The translations under genes were made by a program, and so were the position numbers. Below, one piece after another: positions 17,199-27,078 of a DNA stretch of 59,719 bases (within the stretch, counting starts at the first letter, position 1; each line of letters begins with the position of its first letter). The notes below the pieces were generated by a model. The model did not search any database. It was not told the DNA's origin and saw only the letters and a program-made list of their open reading frames with translations. The DNA comes from an uncultured Gammaproteobacteria bacterium (GTDB lineage Bacteria > Patescibacteriota > Microgenomatia > UBA1406 > HO2-37-13b), in the NCBI GenBank assembly GCA_964556475.1, contig CAZKVU010000005.1, positions 1 through 59,719 of the forward strand. Reading direction: 5' to 3'.

Positions 17199-19184
17199 AT
17201 GCCAAAGTCTTTCACGCTCAGTAACGGTAATTTACTTGTTGGTCTTGATCAATATGGTCAGCTATATGATCTTTATTTTCCCTATATTGGTCTGGAAAAT
17301 CATGTAGGTGGGCGTCTTTTTCATAAAGTTGGGGTTTATGTTAATGGTGCATTTTCCTGGCTTGATGATGGCAGTTGGAATATTCAAATCACCTCAGAAA
17401 AAGAAAGCATGACGGCTGTTGTTATTGCGCGGAACGAGGGATTAGGAATCCAATTACACCTTGAAGACACTATTTATAACGAAAAAGATATTTATATCAG
17501 GAAAATTGGGATTACAAATTTTTTCAATGAAGACCGCGAAATAAAACTGTATATAAATCAACAATTTGAAATATATGAGTCACATCGTGGTGATACTGCA
17601 TATTTTGATCCAATTAACAGCGTACTTATTCATTACAAAGGCAGAAGGGTATTCATCATAAATGCACTTAAGGAGAATACATTTGGGATTGATGATTATA
17701 GTATTGGGCTTTTCGGAATAGAAGGTCGCGAAGGGACGTATAAAGATGCAGAAGATGGAGTACTATCGAAGAATCCTATTGAACATGGTTTTGTAGATTC
17801 AACTGTTGGATTCACCTTTCATATAAAAAAGCAGGAAACGCATATTATGTATTATTGGATCGTGGCTGCAAGATCAATGAGCGAGGCAGTCGATAATAAT
17901 AACTATGTTATTGAAAAAGAGCCATATTACTTAGTTCGCTCAACGCAAAATTACTGGAAGGCATGGATACATACGCGAAAATATAATTTTCAGGGATTAT
18001 CGCCTGAGGTTGTCAGCCTTTTTAATAAATCACTCCTCATTATCCGTTCACATTTCGATAATAGAGGTGCCATCATTGCTTCATCAGATTCTGATATGCT
18101 GAAAAGCGGTCGAGATACATATAGTTATATGTGGCCGAGAGACGGTGCATTAACAGCCTATGCTCTTGATCGGGCTGGATATTATCATGTCACTGAACGG
18201 TTTTATACATTCTGCCGTAATATCATAACTGATGATGGATATTTTATGCATAAATATCGATCTGATGAATCGCTTGGAAGTTCATGGCACCCGTGGGTCC
18301 ATCATGGTAAGTTGGAATTGCCCATTCAGGAAGATGAAACTGCGCTTGTACTTCGATCATTATGGAATTATTATGAAACCTCAAAAAATCTTGAATTTGT
18401 TGAAGATTTGTACAATCCACTTATAAAGAAAGCAGCAGAATTCTTGAGCGCTTATATTCAAGAGAATGGTTTACCAAAGCCCAGTTATGATTTATGGGAA
18501 GAACATTTTTGTGTAAGTACGTTTACAGCATGTGCCGTGTATTCCGGGCTTGAAAGTTCAGCAAAATTTGCCCAGCTTCTTGGCAAACATAATCATTATG
18601 AAAAGTATTCCCGCCAAGCACAACATGTTCGAAGCGCTATTCTTGAAAATCTCTATGATGAATCTCGTGGATATTTTATTAAAATGACGGTTTCCCGTGA
18701 ACATCAGATTGAAAAAGATACGACACTTGATATCTCAGCCGTATTTGCAGCGTATTCATTCAACGTTCTTGATGTCAATGATGCCCGAATAAAAAGTTCA
18801 ATCGAAGCTGTTAAGAAAAAATTAGAGCGTTCAGACAGTCCGATTGGAGGAATAGCCCGATATGAGCGCGATATGTATTATCGAACATCAGACAATGGTG
18901 CTGGTAATCCATGGATAATTACTTCTTTATGGTTAGCTCAATATTATATTCGCACAGCACAACAGGAATCAGATTTTAAACAGGTCATTGAATGGCTGAA
19001 CTGGGTGCAAAAGTATGCCTTACCGTCTGGAGTATTGTCTGAACAGCTCGATCCATTAACTGGTAAACAATTGTCTGCTGCGCCCCTTACCTGGAGCCAT
19101 GCAGAATTTGTTCTCACTGTTTTAATGTATCTCGAGAGGCTCGAAGAGCTTGATATCTGCAAGATGTATTTGCCCTCTGCATAA
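17199..19184 (+). CDS. Glycoside hydrolase family 15 (glucoamylase/glucodextranase-like)
   Basis: 661 aa with YSYMWPRDGA, QEDETAL and SEQLDPLTGKQLSAAPLTWSHAEF. Confidence 0.8.
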   Translation: MPKSFTLSNGNLLVGLDQYGQLYDLYFPYIGLENHVGGRLFHKVGVYVNGAFSWLDDGSWNIQITSEKESMTAVVIARNEGLGIQLHLEDTIYNEKDIYIRKIGITNFFNEDREIKLYINQQFEIYESHRGDTAYFDPINSVLIHYKGRRVFIINALKENTFGIDDYSIGLFGIEGREGTYKDAEDGVLSKNPIEHGFVDSTVGFTFHIKKQETHIMYYWIVAARSMSEAVDNNNYVIEKEPYYLVRSTQNYWKAWIHTRKYNFQGLSPEVVSLFNKSLLIIRSHFDNRGAIIASSDSDMLKSGRDTYSYMWPRDGALTAYALDRAGYYHVTERFYTFCRNIITDDGYFMHKYRSDESLGSSWHPWVHHGKLELPIQEDETALVLRSLWNYYETSKNLEFVEDLYNPLIKKAAEFLSAYIQENGLPKPSYDLWEEHFCVSTFTACAVYSGLESSAKFAQLLGKHNHYEKYSRQAQHVRSAILENLYDESRGYFIKMTVSREHQIEKDTTLDISAVFAAYSFNVLDVNDARIKSSIEAVKKKLERSDSPIGGIARYERDMYYRTSDNGAGNPWIITSLWLAQYYIRTAQQESDFKQVIEWLNWVQKYALPSGVLSEQLDPLTGKQLSAAPLTWSHAEFVLTVLMYLERLEELDICKMYLPSA

Positions 19185-19235
19185 TTTTTGGAGTATATTA
19201 GTATGTATGTACTGTATCTCTGTAGTAAATGATGT

Positions 19236-20462
19236 ATGAATATTAAAGTTTTGATGTTCGGTTGGGAATTTCCTCCTCATAATAGTGGAGGTTTAGGAAC
19301 TGCCTGTCATGGGTTGTGTAAGTCGTTAGTGTCTGAAAATGTTGATCTCACCTTTGTTCTTCCTCGTCATATCGATATTGATGATGATTGGCTTCATGTG
19401 CTTTTTGCAGGAGTTCAAAATATTCGGGTGAAAGCGGTGAATAGTCTATTGACCCCATATGTTACTGCAAGCGAATATGCACAGCGTCGATTATTTTACC
19501 GTGGGGGCATATATGCAGAAGATCTATTTTCGGAGGTTATTCGCTATGCAGATTTGGTTGAAAATATTGTGAATGAAGCGAATTATGATGTTATTCATGC
19601 ACATGAGTGGCTGTCGTTCATGGCGGGCATGCGTGCGAAAGAGCTGACCGGTAAACCGCTTATTTTACATGTTCATTCGACTGAATTTGATCGAAGCGGT
19701 GGACACGTTAATCAAGAGGTATATGACATTGAGAAAGAAGCTTTTGGTAATGCAGATAAAATTATTGCGGTTTCGAACTATACAAAAAATATTATCGTTG
19801 ATCATTACGGTGTCGATCCAGGCATGGTTGATGTTGTGTATAACGGTGTTGAAGTACCTCGTTATATCGAAAAGCCAAATGATTACCCAGAGCCTCGAAT
19901 TCTCCATCTAAAAAAACATGGATACAAAATTGTGCTTTATGTTGGACGATTTAGTATGCACAAAGGGCCTGATTACTTTATCAAGGCAGCAAAAAAAGTA
20001 CTTAACTACAGAGACGATACTATTTTCGTTATGGCCGGTTCAGGCGAAATGGAACATGAACTGATTGAGTTGGTAGCCGATCTTGGCATTTCTGATCATG
20101 TACTTTTCGCAGGATATTTACGAGGGGATGATCTTGACGCGATGTATTCGTCTGCTGATCTTTATGTTTTGCCTTCGGTATCAGAACCATTTGGCATTGC
20201 CCCGTTAGAATCACTCATTCGCAATACACCAGTTCTAATCTCAAAACAATCCGGCGTCTCTGAAACGGTTTCTCATGCACTTAAGGTTGATTTTTGGGAC
20301 ATTGACGAAATGTCGAATAAAATCATCAGTGCTTTGGATCATCCGGAGATGTTGAGCGAACTCACCTCGCACGGCAAAGATCAGGCGTTACTTTTAAACT
20401 GGAAAGCTGCCGCAAAAAAAGTTATAAATGTATATAAGCAGTTGATCGGAAAAATAGTTTAG
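19236..20462 (+). CDS. GT-B glycosyltransferase, archaeal glycogen synthase-like (GT4/GT5)
   Basis: 408 aa with N-terminal FGWEFPPHNSGGLGTA and a C-terminal SVSEPFGIAPLES (E-x7-E) motif. It sits between the GH15 and GH57 genes. Confidence 0.7.
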   Translation: MNIKVLMFGWEFPPHNSGGLGTACHGLCKSLVSENVDLTFVLPRHIDIDDDWLHVLFAGVQNIRVKAVNSLLTPYVTASEYAQRRLFYRGGIYAEDLFSEVIRYADLVENIVNEANYDVIHAHEWLSFMAGMRAKELTGKPLILHVHSTEFDRSGGHVNQEVYDIEKEAFGNADKIIAVSNYTKNIIVDHYGVDPGMVDVVYNGVEVPRYIEKPNDYPEPRILHLKKHGYKIVLYVGRFSMHKGPDYFIKAAKKVLNYRDDTIFVMAGSGEMEHELIELVADLGISDHVLFAGYLRGDDLDAMYSSADLYVLPSVSEPFGIAPLESLIRNTPVLISKQSGVSETVSHALKVDFWDIDEMSNKIISALDHPEMLSELTSHGKDQALLLNWKAAAKKVINVYKQLIGKIV

Positions 20463-20478
20463 GATCACGCTTATTACA

Positions 20479-21780
20479 ATGCCGTCAGTCTGTTTATATT
20501 TAAAAGCTCATCAGCCATACAGAATCAAGAATTACCGCGTCTTTGATATTGGTAATGATAGTCATTATTTTAACGATACGTCTGAGCGGGATATAAATAA
20601 CGAGAAGGTTCTCAAAAAGGTTGCAGAAAAATCGTATCGTCCAACGAATGAATTACTCCTAAAACTCTTAAAACAACATCCAGAATTCCGCGTCAGCTTT
20701 TCAATTACTGGAGTTTTGCTTGACCAGCTTGAACGATATGCCCCGGACGTGATTGAGTCGTTCCAAAAGTTAGCTCAAACCGGCCGTGTTGAAATACTTG
20801 CTGAGACATATTTCCATACTTTGTCATTTTTTTATGCTCGGAATGAGTTTGAAGAACAGGTAAAAGCTCATGAACAGAAAATTAAAGATTTATTTGGATT
20901 GACGCCACGAGTATTTGCCAACACAGAGCTTGCTTACAACAATGAACTTGCAAAATGGGCCGATGATAAAGGATATAAAGGAATTATCACAGAAGGATGG
21001 GATCAAGTCCTTGACTGGAGAAGTCCTAACTTTGTATATAAGCCAGTGAATACCGAACACATTCGAGTTTTATTGAAAAATTATCGGTTATCAGATGATA
21101 TCGCATTCCGTTTTTCAGAGCAAAATTGGATTGGATGGCCTCTAACTGCTGAAAAGTTTGCCCAATGGGTTTCGGCACATAATGGAGATGGTCAAACAGT
21201 GAATCTTTTTATGGATTATGAGACATTTGGAGAACATCAATGGAAAGAAACAGGAGTTTTTAGTTTTTTGGAAAAACTTCCGGAAGAAATCATGAAAAAT
21301 CCTGATAATAACTTTATGACGCCATCAGAAATTATCGACACATATGAGCCTGTAGGAGAACTTAATGTTCCACATATCTTGACATGGGCAGATACTGATC
21401 GTGATCTTACTGCATGGGTTGGGAATAAAATGCAGCAATCAGCAATACAAGGAATATATGGGCTTGAGCAGGAAATTAAGCTACTTGAAGATGAAGAGAT
21501 TATGCAGGATTGGAGATTGTTGCAAACGTCTGATCATTTTTATTATATGTGTACGAAATGGTTTTCAGATGGAGATGTTCATGCCTATTTCAGTCCTTAT
21601 GAATCGCCTTATGAAGCCTTTATTGCATACATGAATGCGTTAAAAGATTTAACATTGAGGATAAAAAAGACCCATCTTAATCAAGCTAAGCTGCATCAGA
21701 TTCAGGAAATTCACGCGATGGTTGTCAATCAACCTGATTTAGAGCACGTTATGGATAGAATTTATAAATTTGTTAACTGA
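20479..21780 (+). CDS. Glycoside hydrolase family 57 protein (alpha-amylase/alpha-glucan-active)
   Basis: 433 aa with N-terminal LKAHQPYR (the HQP motif) and the GH57-like regions TYFH, ELAYN and DYETFGEH. Confidence 0.75.
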   Translation: MPSVCLYLKAHQPYRIKNYRVFDIGNDSHYFNDTSERDINNEKVLKKVAEKSYRPTNELLLKLLKQHPEFRVSFSITGVLLDQLERYAPDVIESFQKLAQTGRVEILAETYFHTLSFFYARNEFEEQVKAHEQKIKDLFGLTPRVFANTELAYNNELAKWADDKGYKGIITEGWDQVLDWRSPNFVYKPVNTEHIRVLLKNYRLSDDIAFRFSEQNWIGWPLTAEKFAQWVSAHNGDGQTVNLFMDYETFGEHQWKETGVFSFLEKLPEEIMKNPDNNFMTPSEIIDTYEPVGELNVPHILTWADTDRDLTAWVGNKMQQSAIQGIYGLEQEIKLLEDEEIMQDWRLLQTSDHFYYMCTKWFSDGDVHAYFSPYESPYEAFIAYMNALKDLTLRIKKTHLNQAKLHQIQEIHAMVVNQPDLEHVMDRIYKFVN

Positions 21781-21795
21781 CGCTTTCACTCATCT

Positions 21796-22410
21796 ATGAT
21801 TATTAAGTCTGTATCTATATTTGGATATTCGATGTCATCTGAAACGGATGATGAATATATTGGTGCCTATGAGTCATCTAAATTAATTGCACAAAGTGGT
21901 CGTTTAGTTATTAATGGTGGTGGTCCTGGTGTCATGTATGCATCAACATCTGGTGCAAAAGCTGGAGGTGGAAAAGTACGCGTTGTGTACTATACACCGA
22001 AGTCTGCAACATCATTTGAAGGCAAGTCTGGCTTGGAAATAGCTGATGAGGAATTTCATGAGGATAACTATATTGATCGAACACAAAAATTAATCGAAAT
22101 GGGTGATGCATTCGTAATATTTAATGGTGGAACAGGAACTGTTTCGGAATTTGCAATGGCATGGAGTATTGCAAAGCTCTATTTTGGACACCACAAACCG
22201 CTAATATTTTACGGAGCATTTTGGAGGAATATTATGGATGCGTTTTGGCGAAATATGAAAGTTCGGGAAGAGGAGTATCGAGTTTTCAGATATGCTGTTA
22301 CTCCTGATCAAGTAATGCAACACCTGGAAGAATATGAAAAAATTATGAAAAATCATAAGGAAGATCCACAGCATAAATGTGAAGGAGCTGAATGCAGTCT
22401 TTTTTTATGA
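21796..22410 (+). CDS. LOG family / TIGR00730-type Rossmann protein
   Basis: 204 aa with GGGPGVMYA and NGGTGTVSEF motifs. Confidence 0.65.
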   Translation: MIIKSVSIFGYSMSSETDDEYIGAYESSKLIAQSGRLVINGGGPGVMYASTSGAKAGGGKVRVVYYTPKSATSFEGKSGLEIADEEFHEDNYIDRTQKLIEMGDAFVIFNGGTGTVSEFAMAWSIAKLYFGHHKPLIFYGAFWRNIMDAFWRNMKVREEEYRVFRYAVTPDQVMQHLEEYEKIMKNHKEDPQHKCEGAECSLFL

Positions 22411-22526
22411 CACATACTTCTCTGAACTTCCCTGAACGGTGACCATTTTATTGCTAAAGACTTACTATAATGCTAGAATAAGCCTAGCTGAAAGGCTCTT
22501 CTGAAATTGAATTGGTGCAGATTATT

Positions 22527-22597
22527 TGCGGAATAGTGTAACGGCAGCACGAGTGTCTCTGAAACACTTAGTCTAGGTTCAAATCCTAGTTCCGCAG
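22527..22597 (+). tRNA. tRNA-Gln (anticodon CUG)
   Basis: I folded the cloverleaf by hand. Acceptor TGCGGAA/TTCCGCA (U1-A72), D stem GTGT/GCAC, anticodon stem AGTGT/ACACT with loop CTCTGAA (CTG at 22559-22561), T arm CTAGG-TTCAAAT-CCTAG, discriminator G. No encoded CCA. Confidence 0.8.
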
Positions 22598-22603
22598 CAG
22601 ATT

Positions 22604-23095
22604 ATGATAAAAAAAATCTATGCGATTTCCACGCTGATAATGTGTTCTATTTTTTTCGTTATTCTAGCCTCGCCAGTACTTGCGACTTTTGCCATACCAA
22701 CGTTTGGAGATTTTATCGTGTTTGTATTTTTTAGGCTTGCCGCATCAATCTATATTTTCTCTTTGTTTATTAAATATTTACTTAAGGATAAAAAAAAGTG
22801 GTGGCCAGCTGTTAATGTACTTCCTGCAATTTTGATTCCTTCATTTTTAGTTTTTGTCACCGGATTTATTGGAGAAGGAGCGGATATTAAGTCAATTTTT
22901 GGAATTATCGGTGTTCTACTATTAACAGTAACGCTACCTTTTTTGATTCTTGATTATATTTTACGGTTTGGAAGACTGGGTAAGGCTATAGTTGCAATAA
23001 TTATCATTGGGGCTTTAATTATTTCAAATACCGGCTTGGCATTTTCGATGAGATCGATGATTGATGCAAGGTTACAAAGAACCGGAATAAATTAA
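22604..23095 (+). CDS. Hypothetical polytopic membrane protein
   Basis: 163-aa ORF with about 5 hydrophobic segments. No family recognised. Confidence 0.45.
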   Translation: MIKKIYAISTLIMCSIFFVILASPVLATFAIPTFGDFIVFVFFRLAASIYIFSLFIKYLLKDKKKWWPAVNVLPAILIPSFLVFVTGFIGEGADIKSIFGIIGVLLLTVTLPFLILDYILRFGRLGKAIVAIIIIGALIISNTGLAFSMRSMIDARLQRTGIN

Positions 23096-23119
23096 CAAAA
23101 AAAATTTCATATTTATAGT

Positions 23120-23536
23120 ATGAACATGTTTAAGAAAGTACAGGCAAAAACTGTCGAAGAATATATAGACAGTGTTCCTGATGAAAGAAAAGAAGCCATT
23201 ATTTTTTTGCATGATTTTATCAGAAAAATAGATTCAGAATTAAAACCTCATTTTGCATACAACATGCTCGGATATGGGTCATTCAAGTATAAAAGCTACA
23301 AAAAAGAAATTATGGATTGGCCAATCGTATCATTGGCAAACCAGAAAAATTATATAAGCATTTATGTATGTTCGATTAAAGATGGAAAATATCTTGCAGA
23401 AAGCTATAAGGATGAGCTTGGAAAAGTAAGTGTGGGTAAAAGCTGTATACGTTTTAAGAAGTTGGAAAATCTGAATTTGCCCGCTCTAAAAAAACTCATC
23501 CATGAGGCAGCTCTTAAGCCTGGACTTGCACTGTGA
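23120..23536 (+). CDS. DUF1801 (YdhG-like) domain protein
   Basis: 138 aa. VEEYIDSVPDERKEAIIFLHDFIRK is typical of the family. The alternative ATG at 23126 lies 6 nt after a TATAGT hexamer. Confidence 0.55.
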   Translation: MNMFKKVQAKTVEEYIDSVPDERKEAIIFLHDFIRKIDSELKPHFAYNMLGYGSFKYKSYKKEIMDWPIVSLANQKNYISIYVCSIKDGKYLAESYKDELGKVSVGKSCIRFKKLENLNLPALKKLIHEAALKPGLAL

Positions 23537-23613
23537 GTTTAGAGTCTTTATATTGGTAGCAGAAAGCCCTACAAGGGTGTATAATCAGCTTAATTACATA
23601 TTATATTCCCAAA

Positions 23614-24024
23614 ATGAAAACAGAAAAAATCTATCAAATTATAAAAGCGCTCGCAGTTATTGGTGTTCTTCTTTCTGTTTATCTTTTATGGCAGCAAATG
23701 TTCCGACCTGCATTTCAACCATGTTATGTTAATAGTCTTGTCAATTGTGATGCTGTTATTTCCGGTCCAGTCGCAAAAACCCTGGGAATTCCAACACCTT
23801 TATATGGATTGATCGGATATATTGTTATACTTTTTGCCGCTTTCAAAAAAAATCACAAACTCGTCTTAGGTATGGCGACGTTTGGCCTTGCTTTCTGTTT
23901 ATATCTTGCATACGTTGAATTGTTCCAACTGCATGTTGTTTGCCCTGTTTGTATATCATGTCAGGTTGTTATGATAAGCATATTTGGATTAAGCGCATAT
24001 TTATACAAACGTAAGAAAAAATAA
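23614..24024 (+). CDS. Vitamin K epoxide reductase (VKOR) family protein
   Basis: 136 aa with 4 TM segments, a loop Cys pair (CYVNSLVNC) and the active-site CPVC in the last TM. Confidence 0.7.
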   Translation: MKTEKIYQIIKALAVIGVLLSVYLLWQQMFRPAFQPCYVNSLVNCDAVISGPVAKTLGIPTPLYGLIGYIVILFAAFKKNHKLVLGMATFGLAFCLYLAYVELFQLHVVCPVCISCQVVMISIFGLSAYLYKRKKK

Positions 24025-24797
24025 TGAATACAATTCTTAATAAAATTAATCTACAGGTTGTCTCAACATATACTGTACTTGTTATTATTACGATTGTCGG
24101 GCTATGTGTTGTTCAGCAGCTTGATATTTCATATCCAGTGAAGGTTACTTCTGCGTATCCAACAACAGAGTTTAGTGTAACCGGCGAAGGGAAAGTTGAG
24201 GTTGTACCGGATACAGCAACAATCAATGCCGGAATCACAGTAAGCGCTGCAAAAGATGTCGCCACTGTTCAAAAGGAGATAAATGAAGTGAATAATAAGA
24301 TTATTAGCGGGCTCAAAGATCTCTCTGTCAGTAAGAAAGATATTCAAACATCCGAATACAATATTTATCCAAATTACAATTATGAAAATGGCCAAAAAAT
24401 TGATGGATATATGGGAAATGCAACTGTATCGATTAAAACGCATCGACTTGATCAAGTTCAAAGTATTCTTAGCAAACTGACCGAGGCAGGTGCAAATCAG
24501 ATTCAGGGAGTATCTTTTAGCGTTGACGATATGACAAAAGTTAGGGTAAAGGCGCGAAATCGGGCAATTGAAGATGCAAAAAAACAAGCGCAGCAGCTTG
24601 CCAGTGATGCAGGAATCAAACTTGGCAAGATCACCAATATAATTGAATCACCTGGACCAGAAGAATATCCACCATATATGACTAAATCCTATGCTGGCGG
24701 TGGTGATGTTGCTGAAATTGCAGCTCCAGATGCAACAATCGAGCCTGGTTCACAAACAATCAGCACAACAGTTACACTCTTCTTCGAGAAAAAATAA
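24024..24797 (+). CDS. SIMPL / DUF541 domain protein
   Basis: 257 aa with an N-terminal TM. The start overlaps the VKOR stop (TAATG). The sequence pattern is typical of the 26-kDa periplasmic immunogenic protein family. Confidence 0.65.
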   Translation: MNTILNKINLQVVSTYTVLVIITIVGLCVVQQLDISYPVKVTSAYPTTEFSVTGEGKVEVVPDTATINAGITVSAAKDVATVQKEINEVNNKIISGLKDLSVSKKDIQTSEYNIYPNYNYENGQKIDGYMGNATVSIKTHRLDQVQSILSKLTEAGANQIQGVSFSVDDMTKVRVKARNRAIEDAKKQAQQLASDAGIKLGKITNIIESPGPEEYPPYMTKSYAGGGDVAEIAAPDATIEPGSQTISTTVTLFFEKK

Positions 24798-24891
24798 AAC
24801 AATAGGATTTCCAGGATAGTTCACCCTTTAATTTACTTGAGTAAGTATCATACTCCCCATGTCGACGCGTCAAATAGTATAGAATAAAAAT

Positions 24892-25779
24892 ATGAGTCAT
24901 TATGATGTCTTAAAAGGAAAGTGGATTCAGAAGCATAAAGACGTCCAGAGCGATGTCTGGGACAAACATAAAGAGTTTCTCCAGCCTCATGTTGATAAAC
25001 TACTCATGGCTCCGCGGCAGCTCATTGCAGGCTCAATGGCTGGATTGATGATACTTGCCCAACCAGCCCCAGCTTCATTGATTGCCCAAACTGCTCAGAC
25101 CGTTCAAGATTTACAGCAGGACATTCCGGACATACCGGCAAAACAACAACTGATGGCTGATTTAAAAGGCATGCTTCCACCGGATGTGCAGCCATTATCT
25201 GAGGAAGAAAATATCAAGATTTCTGAAGTTTTGTCGCAACATTTTAATATAGCGGTAAGTCATAACTTGGGAGGAAAACCACTTAACCGAACGTATGGCA
25301 TTATCGGCGCAGAGCAACATCTGATGAGATATCCAGGAGATACGATGGCAAGTCATTTTAGTAATTCGCAGGATGCTGAAAAATATTATTCTTCAGGAAT
25401 GGCTCCTGGAAGAGGTGGATGGGGATATTTTGCGCAATCTGTATCGTCAATGACAGAAGAAGACGTAATGAGAGAAAAGTATTATATTGCCGTACAAACA
25501 TTCCTTGCACCTGGATGGAGTCAGGATATTCGCGGACACTATGAATTCTATAAATTCAGAAAGATGCTTGTTGTCAATCCTGAAAATGGCAAAGCACTTG
25601 TTGCCGTAATCGGCGATGCCGGACCTGCACAATGGACAGGAAAGCATCTTGGAGGTTCTCCCGAAGTTATGATTTATTTACAAAGAGTTGATGGTTCTCG
25701 TCGCGGACCTGTTCTGTATTATTTCATCGATGATCCAGAAAACAAAGTCCCATTAGGGCCAATTGAAGTACAATCGTAA
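24892..25779 (+). CDS. Hypothetical secreted protein; C-terminus weakly RlpA/DPBB-like
   Basis: 295 aa. KMLVVNPENGKALVAVIGDAGPAQWTGKHLGGSPEVM resembles the double-psi beta-barrel motif (V-x-N-x-x-NG-x-x-V-x-V-x-D-x-GP). This call is speculative. Confidence 0.4.
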   Translation: MSHYDVLKGKWIQKHKDVQSDVWDKHKEFLQPHVDKLLMAPRQLIAGSMAGLMILAQPAPASLIAQTAQTVQDLQQDIPDIPAKQQLMADLKGMLPPDVQPLSEEENIKISEVLSQHFNIAVSHNLGGKPLNRTYGIIGAEQHLMRYPGDTMASHFSNSQDAEKYYSSGMAPGRGGWGYFAQSVSSMTEEDVMREKYYIAVQTFLAPGWSQDIRGHYEFYKFRKMLVVNPENGKALVAVIGDAGPAQWTGKHLGGSPEVMIYLQRVDGSRRGPVLYYFIDDPENKVPLGPIEVQS

Positions 25780-25780
25780 T

Positions 25781-26113
25781 ATGAAGCATTTTTATACGCA
25801 TATCATTGATTTAGGAGATATAGACAGAGAATTTAAGATTCTTGATTTAACTGATGATGAGAAAAATCACCTTGTTCTTGTTATTGAATCAACAATTCAT
25901 CATATTATTATAGATACCGTATTAACCGAGTTACCAGATGAGCACAAACATACCTTTCTTAAGCATGTTTCAGATGAAAATCACAAAAGCATATGGGAAT
26001 TGCTCCGGTCTGTTATCAAGGATCCTGAAGAGCGCATACGATATGCAGTTGATAAATATAAAAAGGAAATTATGAAAGATATAAGAGATCTCCATGATAA
26101 GATAAGTGATTAG
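25781..26113 (+). CDS. Hypothetical His/Asp/Lys-rich cytoplasmic protein
   Basis: The ATG at 25781 follows the upstream stop by 1 nt (the track ORF starts at TTG 25763). No family recognised. Confidence 0.4.
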   Translation: MKHFYTHIIDLGDIDREFKILDLTDDEKNHLVLVIESTIHHIIIDTVLTELPDEHKHTFLKHVSDENHKSIWELLRSVIKDPEERIRYAVDKYKKEIMKDIRDLHDKISD

Positions 26114-26130
26114 CGGAGTATAATACGTTT

Positions 26131-26238
26131 ATGGAAGACTTTCTCAATTTTCTGAAAAAGTATGGGGCTTGGATTCTTGCACTGCCATTCCTTGTTATTG
26201 CACTCGGATATATTATCCTACTTACTATCTTCAGTTAG
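26131..26238 (+). CDS. Possible 35-aa single-TM micropeptide (MEDFLNFLKKYGAWILALPFLVIALGYIILLTIFS)
   Basis: Hand-translated and below the ORF-track length cutoff. It ends 2 nt before the msrB ATG. Confidence 0.25.
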   Translation: MEDFLNFLKKYGAWILALPFLVIALGYIILLTIFS

Positions 26239-26240
26239 AT

Positions 26241-26651
26241 ATGAACGATCAAAATACAAATCAGGTTAAATTAACAGAGGAAGAATGGAAACAAAAACTT
26301 TCCCCTGAAGCTTATCATGTTTTAAGAGAAAAAGGGACAGAGGCTCCTTTCTCAGGGAAATTATATCAGGAGGAACGGAGCGGTAAGTATCATTGTGGCG
26401 CGTGTAATGCTCTATTGTTTTCATCTAAAACAAAATATGACGCCCATTGTGGATGGCCGAGTTTTTATGACATCGATGACAAATCGAAAGTTAAATTTCA
26501 CGAAGATAACTCATTTGGTATGAATAGAACAGAAGTGACGTGCAATAATTGCGGTTCACATTTGGGGCATATTTTCCCCGATGGACCACAGCCTACAGGA
26601 CAACGTTATTGCATAAATTCCTTATCTCTATCTTTTTCTCCCGAGGCGTAA
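26241..26651 (+). CDS. msrB: Peptide-methionine (R)-S-oxide reductase
   Basis: Start at internal ATG 26241 (MNDQNTNQ...). Motifs CGACNALLFSS, CGWPSF, RTEVTCNNCGSHLGHIF and RYCINS. Confidence 0.85.
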   Translation: MNDQNTNQVKLTEEEWKQKLSPEAYHVLREKGTEAPFSGKLYQEERSGKYHCGACNALLFSSKTKYDAHCGWPSFYDIDDKSKVKFHEDNSFGMNRTEVTCNNCGSHLGHIFPDGPQPTGQRYCINSLSLSFSPEA

Positions 26652-26787
26652 TTTCTTCTTGATACATCAACTTTACCCATTAACAGTATTATTGAGATAA
26701 TGATCGCACACTAGTGTTAATGAGGTGACAAAAATAACTGCGAATTTCGTCAATGCGCAATTACACGATTCAATCGCCTCGAGTTTT

Positions 26788-27006
26788 TTATTTCATGTCT
26801 CCGCTGCAATATTTACAGATTGTCTTGTGGTAGACCACTTCTACGAGTGCTGAGACACCTACGAGAATATAGACAACCTTTTCAAGCATTGGCCATGCAC
26901 CAAGAAGCATGTTAACAAGGTTCATGTCTAACAATCCCATCAAACCCCAGTTAAGAGCTCCGACGACCATCAGTGTATACGTTACCATGTGTAGCTGTTT
27001 ACTCAT
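26788..27006 (-). CDS. DUF378 family small membrane protein
   Basis: VVGALNWGLMGL motif. ATG at 27006-27004, preceded at an 8-nt spacing by a perfect AGGAGG (the track ORF starts at GTG 27015, which overlaps the SD). Confidence 0.7.
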   Translation of the reverse strand: MSKQLHMVTYTLMVVGALNWGLMGLLDMNLVNMLLGAWPMLEKVVYILVGVSALVEVVYHKTICKYCSGDMK

Positions 27007-27010
27007 ATAT

Positions 27011-27020
27011 ATCACCTCCT
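27011..27020 (-). promoter_or_regulatory. Canonical Shine-Dalgarno AGGAGGTGAT
   Basis: The plus strand reads ATCACCTCCT. This is the only full-length SD I found in the window. Confidence 0.6.
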
Positions 27021-27078
27021 TTCGTACCTTCTATTAAGATTGTAATATATTGGTTTGTTTCGTACAATAAAGTCCATT

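Noticed and set aside
24129-24587. 152-aa minus-strand ORF, plus the many other 60-120-aa ORFs nested in or antisense to long genes (for example 15593-15961, 10083-10445, 28913-29188, 44988-45257)
   Set aside because: They overlap confidently identified genes (SIMPL, tkt, the PHP nuclease, HMGR, valS). Their Ile/Phe/Asn/Cys-rich composition is typical of off-frame translation of AT-rich DNA.
22527-26113. Genomic island integrated at tRNA-Gln
   Set aside because: Nearby there is no integrase, no recombinase, no phage genes and no visible direct repeat of the tRNA 3' end. The downstream genes (DUF1801, VKOR, SIMPL) look like ordinary chromosomal content.
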